64,000 nt of DNA from assembly GCA_964016885.1 (NCBI GenBank), contig OZ024742.1, positions 228,284,001-228,348,000 of the forward strand, read 5' to 3'. The notes beneath the pieces are model-generated. The model was given only the letters and a program-made list of their open reading frames with translations, made no database searches and had not been told where the DNA came from. Positions within the stretch are counted from its first letter, which is position 1; the number at the start of each line of letters is the position of its first letter. Made by a program: the position numbers and the translations under genes. The stretch is from Eledone cirrhosa. Its lineage: Eukaryota. This document shows, piece by piece, positions 39,455-52,570 of this stretch.

Positions 39455-41432
39455 ATACCTGGAAGGATTGGTAGATGCAGTAGACAGTTTCTACTTGGGT
39501 GACCAAATTAGCAGTGGGGGGGTGGGTGTTCTGAAAGTACAGTAGCCAGAGTGAGAATGGGATGGAAGAAGTTCAGAGAGCTACTACGACTGCTAGCTAT
39601 GAAAGGCAGACTGTATGATGCGTGACAAACAAACAGCAATGTTGCATGGTAGTGAGACCTGGGCGCCGTGTGCAGAAGATTTATGTAGATTGGAAAGAAA
39701 TGAAGCTTGCATGCTCTGTTGGATGTGTAGTAGTAATTTACGGTAACGGCAAAGCATAAAACGAAGTGAGAAAGAAATTAGGCATAAGAGGAATTGGATG
39801 CAGTGTGCAGGAGAGGCGACTGTGTTGTTATGTACATGTGATGCGTATGAAGGATGACAGCTGTATAAAAAGGTGCAGGACACTCAAAGTCGTTGGAAGC
39901 CTTGACGTCAGGAGACCCAGGAAGACTTGGGACGAGGTGATAAAAGGTGACCTTGCTCAATTGCACCTCTCAAAGATGTTGATGCAGGACTGAGATCTCT
40001 GGCATTATGCAGTAATACAAAAGACCCGCCTTCCCATGTGCATGGGCTGAAGCTGAAGCATATATATATATAGAATGCACCACCCCACCCTCCCCTCCCA
40101 TACATCTCTCATGAGGACAGGCTGGAGCATACATCCAGTGAAGCCACCAGCCAACACTGTAAAGTGGTTGTGTGTCATCACAGAAAGCACCCAGCCCACA
40201 CTTTGAAGTGGTTGTGGAGGAGCCACTACAAGAAGCACACACAACACACTGTAAATGTAGGAAGACTTAGAGTGAGGTGATAAATGCTTATCTTACCCAA
40301 TTGCATCTCTGAAAGGCAATGACACACAGTAATACAGAAGACCTGACTTCCTATGAGCACAGGCCAAAGCTGAAGCATATATACACCATGCTCCACCCCA
40401 CCCTCCCACTGTAAAGTAGTCGTGTAGGTGTCACGACAAAAATCACTCAGTCCACACTGTAAAGTGGTCATGCAGGTGTCAACAAAAAGCACCCAGTACT
40501 CAATGTAAATGAGGTTGGCGTTAGGAAGTGCATCCAGCTGTAAAAACCAAGCCAAAATGAGTTCTGTATAAGCAAGACATGGTCACCTGACCTAGTATTG
40601 CCCACAAACTGGGCAACTCGTCTACCCCATGCTAGCGTGGAGGAATGGATATAAAACGGTGATGATTATATATATATATATATAAAACCAAATTAGCATT
40701 GGAGATGGGTGTTTTCAGAAAGTCGGAATGGAAGAAGTTCAAGGCGCTGCTAACTACAAAAGGTTTTTCCTCAAAATGAAGGGTAGATTATATGATGCAT
40801 GTATACGAACAGCAACGTTGCACATGATAGTGTTGTATTCAGAGGATCTGCGAAAATTGAAAAGAAATGAAGCTTGCATGCTTCGATGGATGTGTAATAG
40901 TAATACTTATGTACGACATAGCATAAATGAACTGAGAGAAACTGAGCATAAGAGGGATCACATGCAATGTGCAAGAGAGAAAATTGCGTTGGCATTAACA
41001 TGTGATGCGTATAAAGGATGACAGCTGTATTAAAAAGTTCCAGGCGCTCAAAGTTGAGATGAGGTGATAAAAGCCGTCCTTGCACCTCTCAAAGAGGACT
41101 GAGATCTCCAGCATTATGCAATCATACAGTGGACCTGCCTTCCCATGAACACAGGTTGAAGTATACATCTAGTATGCACCCCCCTCCCACGTCGTAACAC
41201 TCCACCTATGCCCTAGCACTACTTCTACGCACGTTGCTAGATCTACCTCTCCAGTCGTCACACACTGTAAAGAGGTTGTGTGTGTGTTGTAAAAAGAAGC
41301 ACCCGGCACACACTGAAATGTGGCTGGTGTTAGGAAGGGCATTCAGCTGTAGAAACCAAGCCAAAATCAGTTCTGTATGAACAACACATTGTAATCTGTC
41401 CTGACTCATGGAAAATTGGGCGTGAAACGGCG
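39455..41432 (+). mobile_element. Three consecutive 3' fragments of the RTE family
   Basis: 39455-40255, 40255-40670 and 40685-41432 carry RTE thumb sequence (GWKKFREL, MKGRLYDAC, RRPRKTWDEVI) and/or the 3' UTR with TTAGGAAG(G/T)GCAT(C/T)CAGCTGTA. Confidence 0.82.
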
Positions 41433-41495
41433 ACACACACAAATGTTTATAGATAGATAGAATATATACACTACTAGCGATAGATATTTCACAAT

Positions 41496-41734
41496 TGCGC
41501 ATGATCAACCGGATATTGGCTTCTTTCTGTCTCTGTCAAAGAATATTTCAATATCTTTTTCAATCAAATTACATCTATCTATAGAGAAATCTATTTAGTA
41601 TGAAATATTAAGTCAATGTAACGTAGTCACATTTTCCTACTATAACAAATGTATAAGACTTCAAGACAGAAAGAGAATTATTCACCATTCATCAACACGT
41701 CCAACCAACATCACTGATTTCCCAACAATACGAG
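41496..41734 (+). promoter_or_regulatory. Putative promoter and non-coding first exon of ZNF-C
   Basis: Paralogous to 5853-6238, with donor TACGAG|GTATTT (GT at 41735). The matching acceptor TTTCTTTATTATTCCAG has its AG at 45427-45428. Confidence 0.6.
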
Positions 41735-42734
41735 GTATTTTATCTGAAAGTTTGTTCTCTTTATTCAATCGTCTTTTCTTTGGTGTATCATGGATGGCAA
41801 ATTCCCATAATTCTTCTCTGTGTAAAAGCGGTAGTAAGATCAACTGATCTGATGTACCGGATATTTTGAATAAACGATTTTAATGAAGTGAATGAAAGAC
41901 AAATTGGTGAAGTTTCGGAATAAGAATCTTACTTAAACGGCCAAAACTTTATTATTTATTGTTATTATTATTTTTTTAATTTTAACTTTAGTTGGAAATA
42001 GCAGAAGTGAGGGTTGGGATGTGATGCGATGTGAGTGAGATTTGTTTATTATTTCTAGTATGTCGAGAGAACTCGTTAGTATGTGGGAAATAGCAGAAAC
42101 GAGTCTCTACATAGTTTCTCCTATTCCCCATGTACTAACAAGGGATATTGTGGTCTCTTGACATACTAGAATTAGCAACAAAATTTCTTCCGTGCCACAC
42201 CCCAATACTGCCTTCTGCTATTTCCAACAAGGGTCTTTCGGTATACTAGAATTAGCAATGAAATTTCCTCCTTGTCACACTCCAACCCTCCTTTCTTCTA
42301 TTTCAAATAAGGTTCTCTTAACATACTAGAAATAGTAGCTAAAAATGAGAACGATTCTTAGAGGGGTCGTTAACATTTTGTTTTATAGATTTTTTAATTT
42401 CTATGTTCAAAACGTAAAATCCCATAGGAAATATAAATTCACAGTTTCTGGCCATGGGGTACCTGTATGTGTTGGTACATCTCAGTCACATCCTGTGGTG
42501 GACAAGATAGTAAACACATTACAACAGAGAACAGTCAGTTAAACTGGCTGTACCAGGTTTTTAATGACCTTATCTCATCTGTCATCAAGCTTTATGATGT
42601 CACATTGGTCACTTGTAGTATTGGGTCGAGGGTTATTTGCTGAAGTTGAACATTTTTGTTCAAAACTGCATTTAAATACCATAGCTGATGACAGTAAACT
42701 CCAGCTGTGATTATTTGATTATTGTTTACGTAAC

Positions 42735-42878
42735 TAGCATAGTTACGTCCCTTTACAGTCTGAGTTCAAATCCCGCCGAGGTTGACTTTGCCTTTCATCC
42801 TTACGGGGTCGATAAAATAAAGTACCAGTAATGTACTGGGTAATTGCTGGCTTTGTGCCTAAAGTAGAAACAATTATT
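42735..42878 (+). mobile_element. 5'-truncated tRNA-derived SINE (Meta-like core)
   Basis: GAGTTCAAATCCCGCCGAGG...GGGGTCGATAAAATAAAGTACC...AAAGTAGAAACAATTATT. Confidence 0.85.
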
Positions 42879-42929
42879 TGATTATTGTTTAACAGCATCT
42901 AATAATGGATTATTTGCATATTCTATCAT

Positions 42930-43550
42930 CCACTCAGAAGTATTTTGCTTAGATGCAGGCCCACATTTGGTTGCTGGGCAGCCTTTCCACCACAAATAAG
43001 CCACTCAGGCCTCTAATGAAGATTCTTGTAAAGGATCCATTTCTCATCTCCAGCAATGATTCAGTTAGAAAAAGACACTTGGAACTAACGGAAATACGGT
43101 GATGCACATGTTGTTTATTAAGTAGGATCGACAACTGCTGCCAAAGCCTACTGAGTTCCGTGTCTATAAAGGTAGGGATAACTTCACCAACTGCTGCCAG
43201 TGCCCACTGAGTTCTCTCACTCTAATGGTAAGGTTAGCTTCAATAGCCACTGCCAGTGCCTCAGAATCAAATCTTCTTGGGTGACTTCCTCTTGGCACTT
43301 CTTTCAGACTGAAGTCCCCTTTTCTAAAATAAGAACCCATCTCCCTCATGTTCTTTCACACAGTATACGATTACCATATCTACTTTTGGTAGATTTTGCT
43401 GTTGCATTTGTATTATTCTCACCATGAAATTCATACAGTAGTATATGGTAAATGTGTTCTTTACTTGGAACAAACACAGGATCAATTTGAAAGTTTTTCT
43501 TCTAACAATTTTCACAGAATCTGGAAAAAATGACATCAGCAGATATGTAT
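42930..43550 (-). mobile_element. mariner transposase N-terminal remnant
   Basis: ORF 43164-43349 (FRKGDFSLKEVPRGSHP...LAVAIEANLTIRVRELS) resembles mariner FRSGDFSLEDxPRSGRP...TTRELA. Confidence 0.7.
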
Positions 43551-44139
43551 TAGAGATTGGACTTATGGTATATGTTCATTTATAAGCCAAGAAATATGTG
43601 ACAAAAATATTGATGGTAAAATCAGCATTAGTTTATATTGGAGGTCAATATTTTGCTGATTTTATCAATTTTCTACTTAAATGAGGTGCTAAAATATTTT
43701 CATTCTGGAGGTGAATATTACATCAGTTTCAATTTAGTGGTGAATATTAAGACAGATTTGATTTTGGAGGTGAAATTTGTTTTTTTATGTGCTTTGAATG
43801 AATGCGGCCTTCAAAACGATCAGAAATTGGTAAAAAAAATCAGTATGTAATAAGTTGTGAAACATAAACTATATTCTAAACAACACTTAAAACATTTTAA
43901 ATATCAAAATATTAAAACTTCATAATATATTCTCTCTACTCATGGGGATTTCAAAATTGCACCATCTAAACATAATGTGTTGATTAGCTGCCTTGGCTTA
44001 TACATGGGGTTTGGTTTCTTGCCCATTTTTCAGTCATAAAATAAGGGGTCGGCTTATATTCAACTATATACAGTAATTAAATCTTGTTCAAAAATTTCCT
44101 TTCAAAAGATCAAACAGAACATTTCTATCTGTTATATGT

Positions 44140-44437
44140 AAGAGGTTGTGAGTTCAATTCCCAGACTGGGTGGTGCATTGTGTCCATGAGCAAGACACTT
44201 TATTTCACGTTGTTCCAGTTCGCTCAGCAGGAGAAATGTGTTGAGACGTCACTTGTGCCAAGCTGTATTGGCTTTCACCTTTCCCTTGGATTTCATTGTT
44301 GATATGGAGAAGGGAGACTGGTATACATGGTTGACTGTTAGTCTTCCACAAAAGCATTTTTCCCAGGCTTGTGCCACAGAGGGGTACTTTCTAGGTGCAG
44401 AACCTATGGTCATTTGTGATCAAAAGGGGTCTTTACT
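44140..44437 (+). mobile_element. SINE related to the 39063-39416 family
   Basis: GGTTGTGAGTTCAATTCCCAGACTGG...TTGTGTCCATGAGCAAGACACTTTATTTC. Confidence 0.75.
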
Positions 44438-45556
44438 ATATATATATATTAGCATCATCACCATTTTATGTCAGTTTTACATGTAACACTCCTTGCATGT
44501 TATTGTCGCACTAAAACATGAGGAAGAGAGAGTCATCGATGGGAGTAGCTGGGGAGATGAGAGCATTTTGGAAGTGGTACTGTAGAACCAATAGTAGCTA
44601 TCTGTTGATTGCTGGGAGAGTCAACACTCAGAAAAGGGAAAAAGAGTGAAAGCAAGTGTTGGGTTTAGGGGTGACCTGCAGATCAGAGGGAGGAGTGGTT
44701 AAAAAGGGGTAGACTCATAGGATTAGTGGATGTATACAGAGTTAAGATACTCTTCTATGTGTGGGCAGCTTCTTTCAGTGAATATAGGGTGAGTGGGTGG
44801 GCAATCAGAACTGATGTGTGAGAGAACTGAAGTTGTCACAAATAATGTGGGCCATGAGTATGAGAGGGTTGGTGATAGCTTTGTTAAAGTCTAGTGAACA
44901 AACCAAATATTATTCAGTTTATAACATTAGAACTCATGTACTAGCAAGAATAATATATAGAGGCACATATGGCAGTATGATTAAAGAGTTATCGTCACAA
45001 CCACATCACTTTGGATTCAGTTCCCCTGTGTGGCACCTTGGGCAAGTCTTGGATTGACCAATGTTGTGTTAGTGAATGTGGTAGATGGAAACTGCAGAAG
45101 CACATATATATCTATGCTATATCTTGTAACTAAGCAGTTTAACAAAAAGAGATTGATAAAATATGTACTAAGATTGATATGATCAAATAAAACCCTTCAA
45201 GGCTGTGCTCCATATATGTATATCTGTGTTTATGTTTACTGTTTAACAAAAAGAGATCAATAAAATAAATATTGAGGTTGATATGATTGACTAAAATGCA
45301 CTTCAGAATGGCTGCAATCAAATGACTGAAACGAGTAACAGTAAAAGAATGTGGAGTAACATGTTCACTGTTGAATCTATACATTTTAAGTATCCTCTAT
45401 ATCTTATACTATTTCTTTATTATTCCAGAATATCAGATGTTATTGGCACTAAAGAATTCTTTACATCAGATACATTATCAATATTTATCATCTTTTAAAG
45501 ACAAAAGGAAGTCATTATGCAAAACAGATACAAAAAGGAGTGAAAAAAGAAAAATC

Positions 45557-45916
<360 letters not shown>

Positions 45917-47125
45917 ATGCACAAACGTGTTCATACAGGAAAGAAGCTATATCACTGTGATATCTGTGGTCAGTCATGCTCTAGAATTAGTGTATTAACT
46001 ATACACAAACGTATTCATACAGGAGAAAAACCATATCACTGTAGAATCTGTGGTACATCATTCTCTAGAAACGGAACACTAACTATCCACAAACGTATTC
46101 ATACAGGAGAAAAACCATATCACTGTAGCATCTGTGGTACATCATTCTCTAGAAATGGAACCCTAACTATCCACAAACGTATTCATACAGGAGAAATGCC
46201 ATATCACTGTGAAATTTGTGGTAAATCATTCTCTACAAATACTAACTTGATTTTACATAAATATATTCATACAGGGGACAAACCATATGACTGTGATATC
46301 TGTGATAAATCATTCATTGAAAGAAGGAGCTTAACTATACACAAGCGTATTCATACAGGGGAAAGGCCTTATCACTGTGATATCTGTGGGAAATCATTTA
46401 CTAGAAATGGAGCCTTAACTAAACACAAAAGTGTTCATACAGGAGACAAACTATACCACTGTGATGTGTGCGGTAAATCATTCCCTGAAGGAGCTAGATT
46501 AACTATACACAAACGTATTCATACTGGAGAGAGGCCTTATCGCTGTGATATCTGTGGTAAGACATTTTCTCGAAATGATGTCTTAACTAAACACATAGGT
46601 ATTCATACGGGTGAGAAACCATATCACTGTGATATTTGTGGTAAATCATTCTCTGGAAATGGTGACTTAACTAAACATAAAAGTGTTCATACAGGAGATA
46701 AGCTATATCTCTGTGATATCTGTGGTCAATCATTTGCTCATGCAAATACTTTAACTAGACATAAACGTATCCATACAGGTGAGAAACCATATCGCTGTGA
46801 TATCTGTGGTAGATCATTCTCTGATAACAGTCCCTTAATAAATCACGTACGTATTCATACAGGAGAGAAGCCATATCACTGTGACATCTGTGGTAAATCT
46901 TTTGCTCAAAGTGGTGTCTTAACCACCCACAAACTTATTCATACAGGAGAGAAGCCATATCACTGTGATATCTGTGGTAAATCATTTTCTCGAAATGGAG
47001 ATTTAACTTCTCACAAACGTATTCATACAAGAGAGAAGTCATATCATTGTGGTATCTGTAGTAAATCATTCTGTCGAAGTGGTGAGTTAACTTCTCATAA
47101 ACGTATTCATACAGAACATTTTTGA
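45917..47125 (+). CDS. ZNF-C: 402-aa ORF of 14 intact C2H2 fingers (functional status uncertain)
   Basis: 14 consecutive CxxC-x12-HxxxH fingers with TGEKPY-type linkers and no stop. The ATG lies inside a former finger helix. Confidence 0.7.
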   Translation: MHKRVHTGKKLYHCDICGQSCSRISVLTIHKRIHTGEKPYHCRICGTSFSRNGTLTIHKRIHTGEKPYHCSICGTSFSRNGTLTIHKRIHTGEMPYHCEICGKSFSTNTNLILHKYIHTGDKPYDCDICDKSFIERRSLTIHKRIHTGERPYHCDICGKSFTRNGALTKHKSVHTGDKLYHCDVCGKSFPEGARLTIHKRIHTGERPYRCDICGKTFSRNDVLTKHIGIHTGEKPYHCDICGKSFSGNGDLTKHKSVHTGDKLYLCDICGQSFAHANTLTRHKRIHTGEKPYRCDICGRSFSDNSPLINHVRIHTGEKPYHCDICGKSFAQSGVLTTHKLIHTGEKPYHCDICGKSFSRNGDLTSHKRIHTREKSYHCGICSKSFCRSGELTSHKRIHTEHF

Positions 47126-47189
47126 AAAGAAAAACTATATCGCTGTGGTATATCATTCAAAAACGTCTCTTAATTCCACAATGTATTTG

Positions 47190-47876
47190 TGTCTACGAAC
47201 AGCAATGTTACATGGTAGTGAGGCCTGGGCGCTGACTGCGGAAGACTTGCGTAGATTAGAAAGAAACGAAGCCTGCATGCTCCGATGGATGTGTAATAGT
47301 AATATACGCGAACGGCAAAGCATGAATGAATTGAGAGAGAGACTGAGCATAAGAGGAATCAAATGCTGTGTGCAGGAGAGGCGGTTGCGCTGGTATGGTC
47401 ATGTGATGCGTATGAAGGATGACAGCTGCATAAAAAGGTGCAGAGCACTAGAAGTCGATGGAAACCATGGAGTGGCAAGACCCAAGAAGACCTGGGATGA
47501 GGTGATAAAAGCTGACCTTACCCAATTACACCTCTCAAAGGCGATGACACACGACCATGACCTCTGGCGTCACACAGTAATACAGAAGACCCGACCCCCC
47601 ACAGGTTCAATCCGAAGCTGAAGCATATAGACAATATGCCCCCACACCCTCCCACTGCAAAGTGGTCGTGGAGGTGCCACGGCAAAAAAGCACCAAGCAC
47701 TCACTGTAAATGAGGTTGGTGTTAGGAAGCGCATCCAGCTGTAGAAATCCAGCCAGAATCAGTTCCCGTATGAGCAAGACAAGGTCAGCCGACCGGACAC
47801 TGCCCACAACAGGACAACCCGTCTAACCCATGCTAGCGTGGAGGAGCGGACGTAAAACGGTGATGATGATGATGAT
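47190..47876 (+). mobile_element. Young 5'-truncated RTE inserted in the ZNF-C 3' UTR
   Basis: RTAMLHGSEAW...RRLRWYGHVMRM...RPKKTWDEVI, then 3' UTR and (GAT)n tail. Sequence homologous to the ZNF-A 3' UTR resumes at about 47880. Confidence 0.9.
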
Positions 47877-48219
47877 ATAGATACAAAAGTAACTGTCACT
47901 GTCAGAGGTAATTCTATAAAAAAATGTCACCATAAATGTTTTCACACAACAAATAAGATAACACAATGTGTGATAACAAATTACATTGATAAGATAATTT
48001 ATCACTATGATATGTTTGATTAAATTATTTTTTCACAATATACATTTGTTTTCCACCTACCATATTTCTAGAAGGTAGGAATAATATTTTAGATTTCATT
48101 GTGAATGAGAGGCTGAGAAATGTATAAATGGGAATAACATCACTTTACAGTTATTATGTTAGAGATATATACACAAACCATGAAAGAAAAAAAAAAAAAA
48201 TATATATATATAAATAAAT

Positions 48220-48940
48220 TTATAAAATTAATTGTCTCTAATACTTAGACATCTCAATGAAAGGTTAAGACATTAATAAATGATCTACTCAGAGAAGTAA
48301 TAAAATACATTAAAACTTAAGCCCAAATCTCTTTTTGGTGGGATATAAGCTAAATCGGCTAAAATAAGTTAGTCCTACCTATAGAGTGCCCCAACCATGG
48401 TGTCTGGAATTCAAAAAACAATATTGACCATTCCAAGACATTAGAATAACCAATACTGGAAGAATTAAAATTCCTTCATCTGGGGAAGGATTCTTTGGAA
48501 TAAGAAAAGTTGAATATATTTCATATATACCATGTCATTGCCAACCACATGGTGTCCAATGTGTTGTGTCATTGAATTACTATATGAATATATCCTATTC
48601 AATGTAATAGAAGAAAACCGGGTTTATACTAGCGCTCTAAATAGCAGCCAAAACCATTTAAATCAGCTCAACAATGATGGAGCAATTAATCAATTTATAA
48701 AGTTAATTGTCTCTAATATTTAGATATCCCAATGAAAGGATAAGATATATTAATAAATTATCTATTGAGAGAAGTAATAAAATATTTTAAAACTTAAGTC
48801 AAAATCTGTGGTCAATGTTGTTTTTTTGAATTCCAAACACCATGGTTGGAGAACTCTGTAAGTAGAACTGACTTATTTTAGTCGATCTAGCTTATATCCT
48901 CCCCAAAAGAAATTTTGGCTTAAGTTTTAATGTATTTTAT
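48220..48940. repeat. Mixed direct and inverted repeat block next to a Penelope-like element
   Basis: 48225-48330 is a direct match to 48700-48806. 48300-48430 is the reverse complement of 48809-48940. Confidence 0.8.
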
Positions 48941-49049
48941 ATATATATATATATATACTGAGCACTTCCTATTATAGCAGGCTATGGTCATGAAGAAATT
49001 TACCACGCTTGTATCACTAAATTGCCATGCTATCTGGCAAATTGGAGTA

Positions 49050-51300
49050 TACCAAACTTATTATTATAAAAACGATTTGCTCATCCAAAGGTGGGTGTTC
49101 CATTTTGATTGGAAACACCTGACATAAACCACAACAGAAACCTCCACAATCTGGAATACAAGTCTAGGAGAAATTCCCCCAGCTATAAGTTATTGGAAGA
49201 ATTTGAAAATGAGATTAGCATCATCATAAACCTTAAATTCTCTAGTAATCTATTCAGGGCTCAGGAGTCTTAAGAACAAGATCACCAAGCTCAGAGTCAG
49301 GTTGATTAGTAGTCCATATGGACAAGACCAACAACTTATACAATATGGATGTGGAAACATACAACAACCTCATACTCAGGGAACTGAGAAAAATTATAAG
49401 AAAACCTCTCGGGGAAACCATTGAGGCTTTCAATGAAAATGAATGGGATTATAACTAAATTTAGGATTCAGGATAGGACAGAACCATACAAACTGAAGGA
49501 ACCTAGGATTGCCCTTAAGTATCATAAACTGAACTTCGAGTCTGACCTCCCTGTTAAATGCATGGTTCCTTCTAAGTCTGATATAGGAATAATTAGCAAA
49601 AACATTTTGGATAGGATTCTACCATGTTAAACAATTGCAACTGGTCTGGTACTAGTGAAGTAATTGAATTTTTAAACGCCTGCCTGATAAGAATATGACT
49701 AGTTTCATTCATATTGCTAGCTACTACTACTCAATCTCGCCCATAATATTTAAGAAAGCCCTTATATATACTAAAAGACACATCAACCCAATCCATGATG
49801 AAACGGCATTCACGCCACTAGAAAAACCTTGATCCATTTTGACGGGGATCTCTGGACTAGAAGTGATAGGCCCAACAACTCGACATCACTGTGGGTTCCA
49901 GCGACTCTTCACAGATGACAGATCTAGTTGGATTATTTATTCTTAAGCAACTTAAGGATGAGATTCTCAACCTGGGCTGTGGTTTATACTGTGATGATGC
50001 CCTCACTCACTAACCATAGCGCTACTATGATTGAGAGAAACATGGGACTCGGGATCGAAATAGATGCCAATAGAAATGTAGTTAACTTTTTGGGCAGCTG
50101 TAGATCACCAGGATTAGAAATAGCATAGAATCAGGTGTTAGCAAAAATGCATCTTTTGAGACTGAACACATGAAATAAATGCAGAACGCACAACAAGAAT
50201 AATGGCACTATAAACTACCCAAGTCCATGTGTTCCTGACCACATCACACAAAGACAATGGTAACTCCCCTACCATCAGGGACCAGACTGCGTAAAAGAAC
50301 TTTATTACCACATGCACTAATGGCTATCCTTCAGGAGAGGCAGTCCCTATGAACCCACAAGTGCTGAATAGGACCCCCCATCCAAACCTGTTAGTAATAG
50401 AACTAGGTATAGGCGAATAGTCTCATATAATCCATCATATTCTGTGAAGCTGCAGACCAGCTTGGTCAGTATTCTTTAGAATGTTGGATAGATGCTTCCC
50501 TCAAACTCACAGGTATCAGAATTTTCAACAGGCACATGGTTAAATGCTCATATTCCACCACGCTCAACCTAGCTCGACATATAGCTAGTGTCACCAAGGA
50601 CTTTGAGACGTGTACCTAATACAACTTGGGTGAACCTCATTATTCTTGGTGGGGGTAACTCTGAGTGCAGGACTGCTTTGGTGAACACTGCAAGATCCTG
50701 GGGCCAATTTTTCCGGCATCTCTGATGGACATCCCACCAGAGATAACCGGTGCCGATCAGAAAATTTAACTACAGGAACCTTGAGACATGCCCATTCGGA
50801 AATGACTGCCTAGTAAAAGGAGTTGTGTCAACTAGCTTCAAGGACAAGTGGTACAATCACTACCACTCTAACTCATTTTTCCCTTGTGGGCGTATATGAT
50901 TACTTCCTTTAGTATTTGACATTTACCTGCTGTTTTCACTCTACCTCCCTAAGCCAAATAGTGAGAATTGATAGCATAACCATAACAAAATTGCTCTATA
51001 GATTATTAAGATAAAAGCATAACATTTTCAGTGAAGATTCCAAACTGAATTTTCTAAAGGATATTGTAAAATATTTCATTATATTTACAAATTATTAAAT
51101 AAAATAAACAATTTAATATAATAAAATGTAAGCAAAAACATGGAAAAGTTAATTTTCTGTAAGTATCAACATATACATATCTTCAAGGAAAATGTTCCAG
51201 ATGATTGGGCTTGAAACTGTTAATATAGAGTTTTATCTTGCATTGCTCCCAGCCTGTTTTTGGTTCCCTTCTAATATTTTATTTGCAAGTTCTCTTTTTC
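49050..51300 (+). mobile_element. Penelope-like element (RT and GIY-YIG region), degenerate
   Basis: Contains KLNFESDLPVKCMVPSKSDIGIISKNILDRI, YNPSYS...LDRCFP...IFNRHMVKCSYS and CPFGNDCLVKGVV. Confidence 0.75.
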
Positions 51301-51539
51301 CCTAAGTTTACAGGCCAATGTGTGACACCCTGAACCTGGGTAATTTCTTCCAAGGGAATTTTTGTTTTATAGGAACAGTCCCCAATAAATTGATGGGCCC
51401 AAGTTCATTCTGAAATACAACTGAGAACATTTTTCCTTGCATTTTCTAGACAGGAGTTTAAGGTTTGGGGATTCTTTTACCAACACAAATGACAAACATA
51501 TAGCCACATAAACAACAAAATAAATACTTCTACCATTTA

Positions 51540-52570
51540 TTTGACTTCTTTCCAATGCAGTAGCTGACTCTCAACTGGTCTGCAAGGTCCACTCCATTCA
51601 TGTGCTCTGTGTAGTCTGTTACTGTCCTTGGACATTGTACGATGCAATGTTCCCTAAACTTTTGTTTTCAACAGACACTTGTTAAAGTATTCGGACTGGA
51701 ATTTGTGGTCAGCGGTGTCACAGTCCTCTTATCATACCAGGCTGTTGCTACTAGGTTCTATTTTGTGTCACCTTGTTTCTTCAATTTTGTTGAGATAACA
51801 GCTTTTGGCATGTCTTCCTATTTTTTCTTATTGTGCTTCAAGCATGGGTCTCATTCCTGAAAAAGTTTGACAGGAGAAAACATTATCATAATACACATGG
51901 TCATTTTTTCCTCCATATGTCCTACATGAGGTCCTTGTTCTGTTTATTTGGAATTTTCCCTGTATAAACTTATTATTATAAAGTCATTTACATAGCTGTT
52001 GTGTGGATCACCCTGCATCCACACTTTTATCCCATGTTTTGTTGGCTTCAGTGGAAGATATTGTTTGAAGCAAAATCATCCATTGAAAGCAACCATGCCT
52101 TTATCAATTGATCTTTCACTGTGTGGACTGTACTGTGACTTCAAGTTCGCACATATCCTTTCAATAAATGGCCGAGCATGAGCAAGTTTGTCATGGTCAG
52201 GATGGCCATATACTGGATTCTGGCTGACATCTGAAATATGGAAATACTGGTTTAGTTTGTTCAGTCTGTCCCTTTTAATTAATTCCCTGATCCCTACTGA
52301 CCAGAATAAATTATCTTTTAAAAAATACATGTTCTGATTAGGGACAGAAACGACTCCCATCAATATAGGCCGTCATTTCTGATCAAGGCCTTTCTTTTCA
52401 GCATATTTGTTTCTTTTGATTGCCAGTAAATTGAACAAATCCTTATTAAATATTTGAAGAAAAAATCTAGTACTTTCTCCTCAGCATCCATAGTATTTAC
52501 CAGTCCATGATTTCCGCTGAATGCATCAACATCAACTTCAGAAAATCAATTGCTCCAATCCAATGTGGGT
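51540..52570 (-). mobile_element. piggyBac-like transposase remnant
   Basis: ORF 52076-52363 (RDRL...YFHISD...DKLAHARP...SIDKGMVAFNG) is followed by FKQYLPLKPTKHGIKVW and a DNVFS motif. Confidence 0.85.

Noticed and set aside
48445-48490. Hammerhead on the minus strand (CAGATGA, AGGAATT/AATTCTT hairpin); also CAGATGA...GAAAC near 51198-51218
   Set aside because: The core nucleotides are mutated and stems I and III cannot be built, so it is too degenerate to call.
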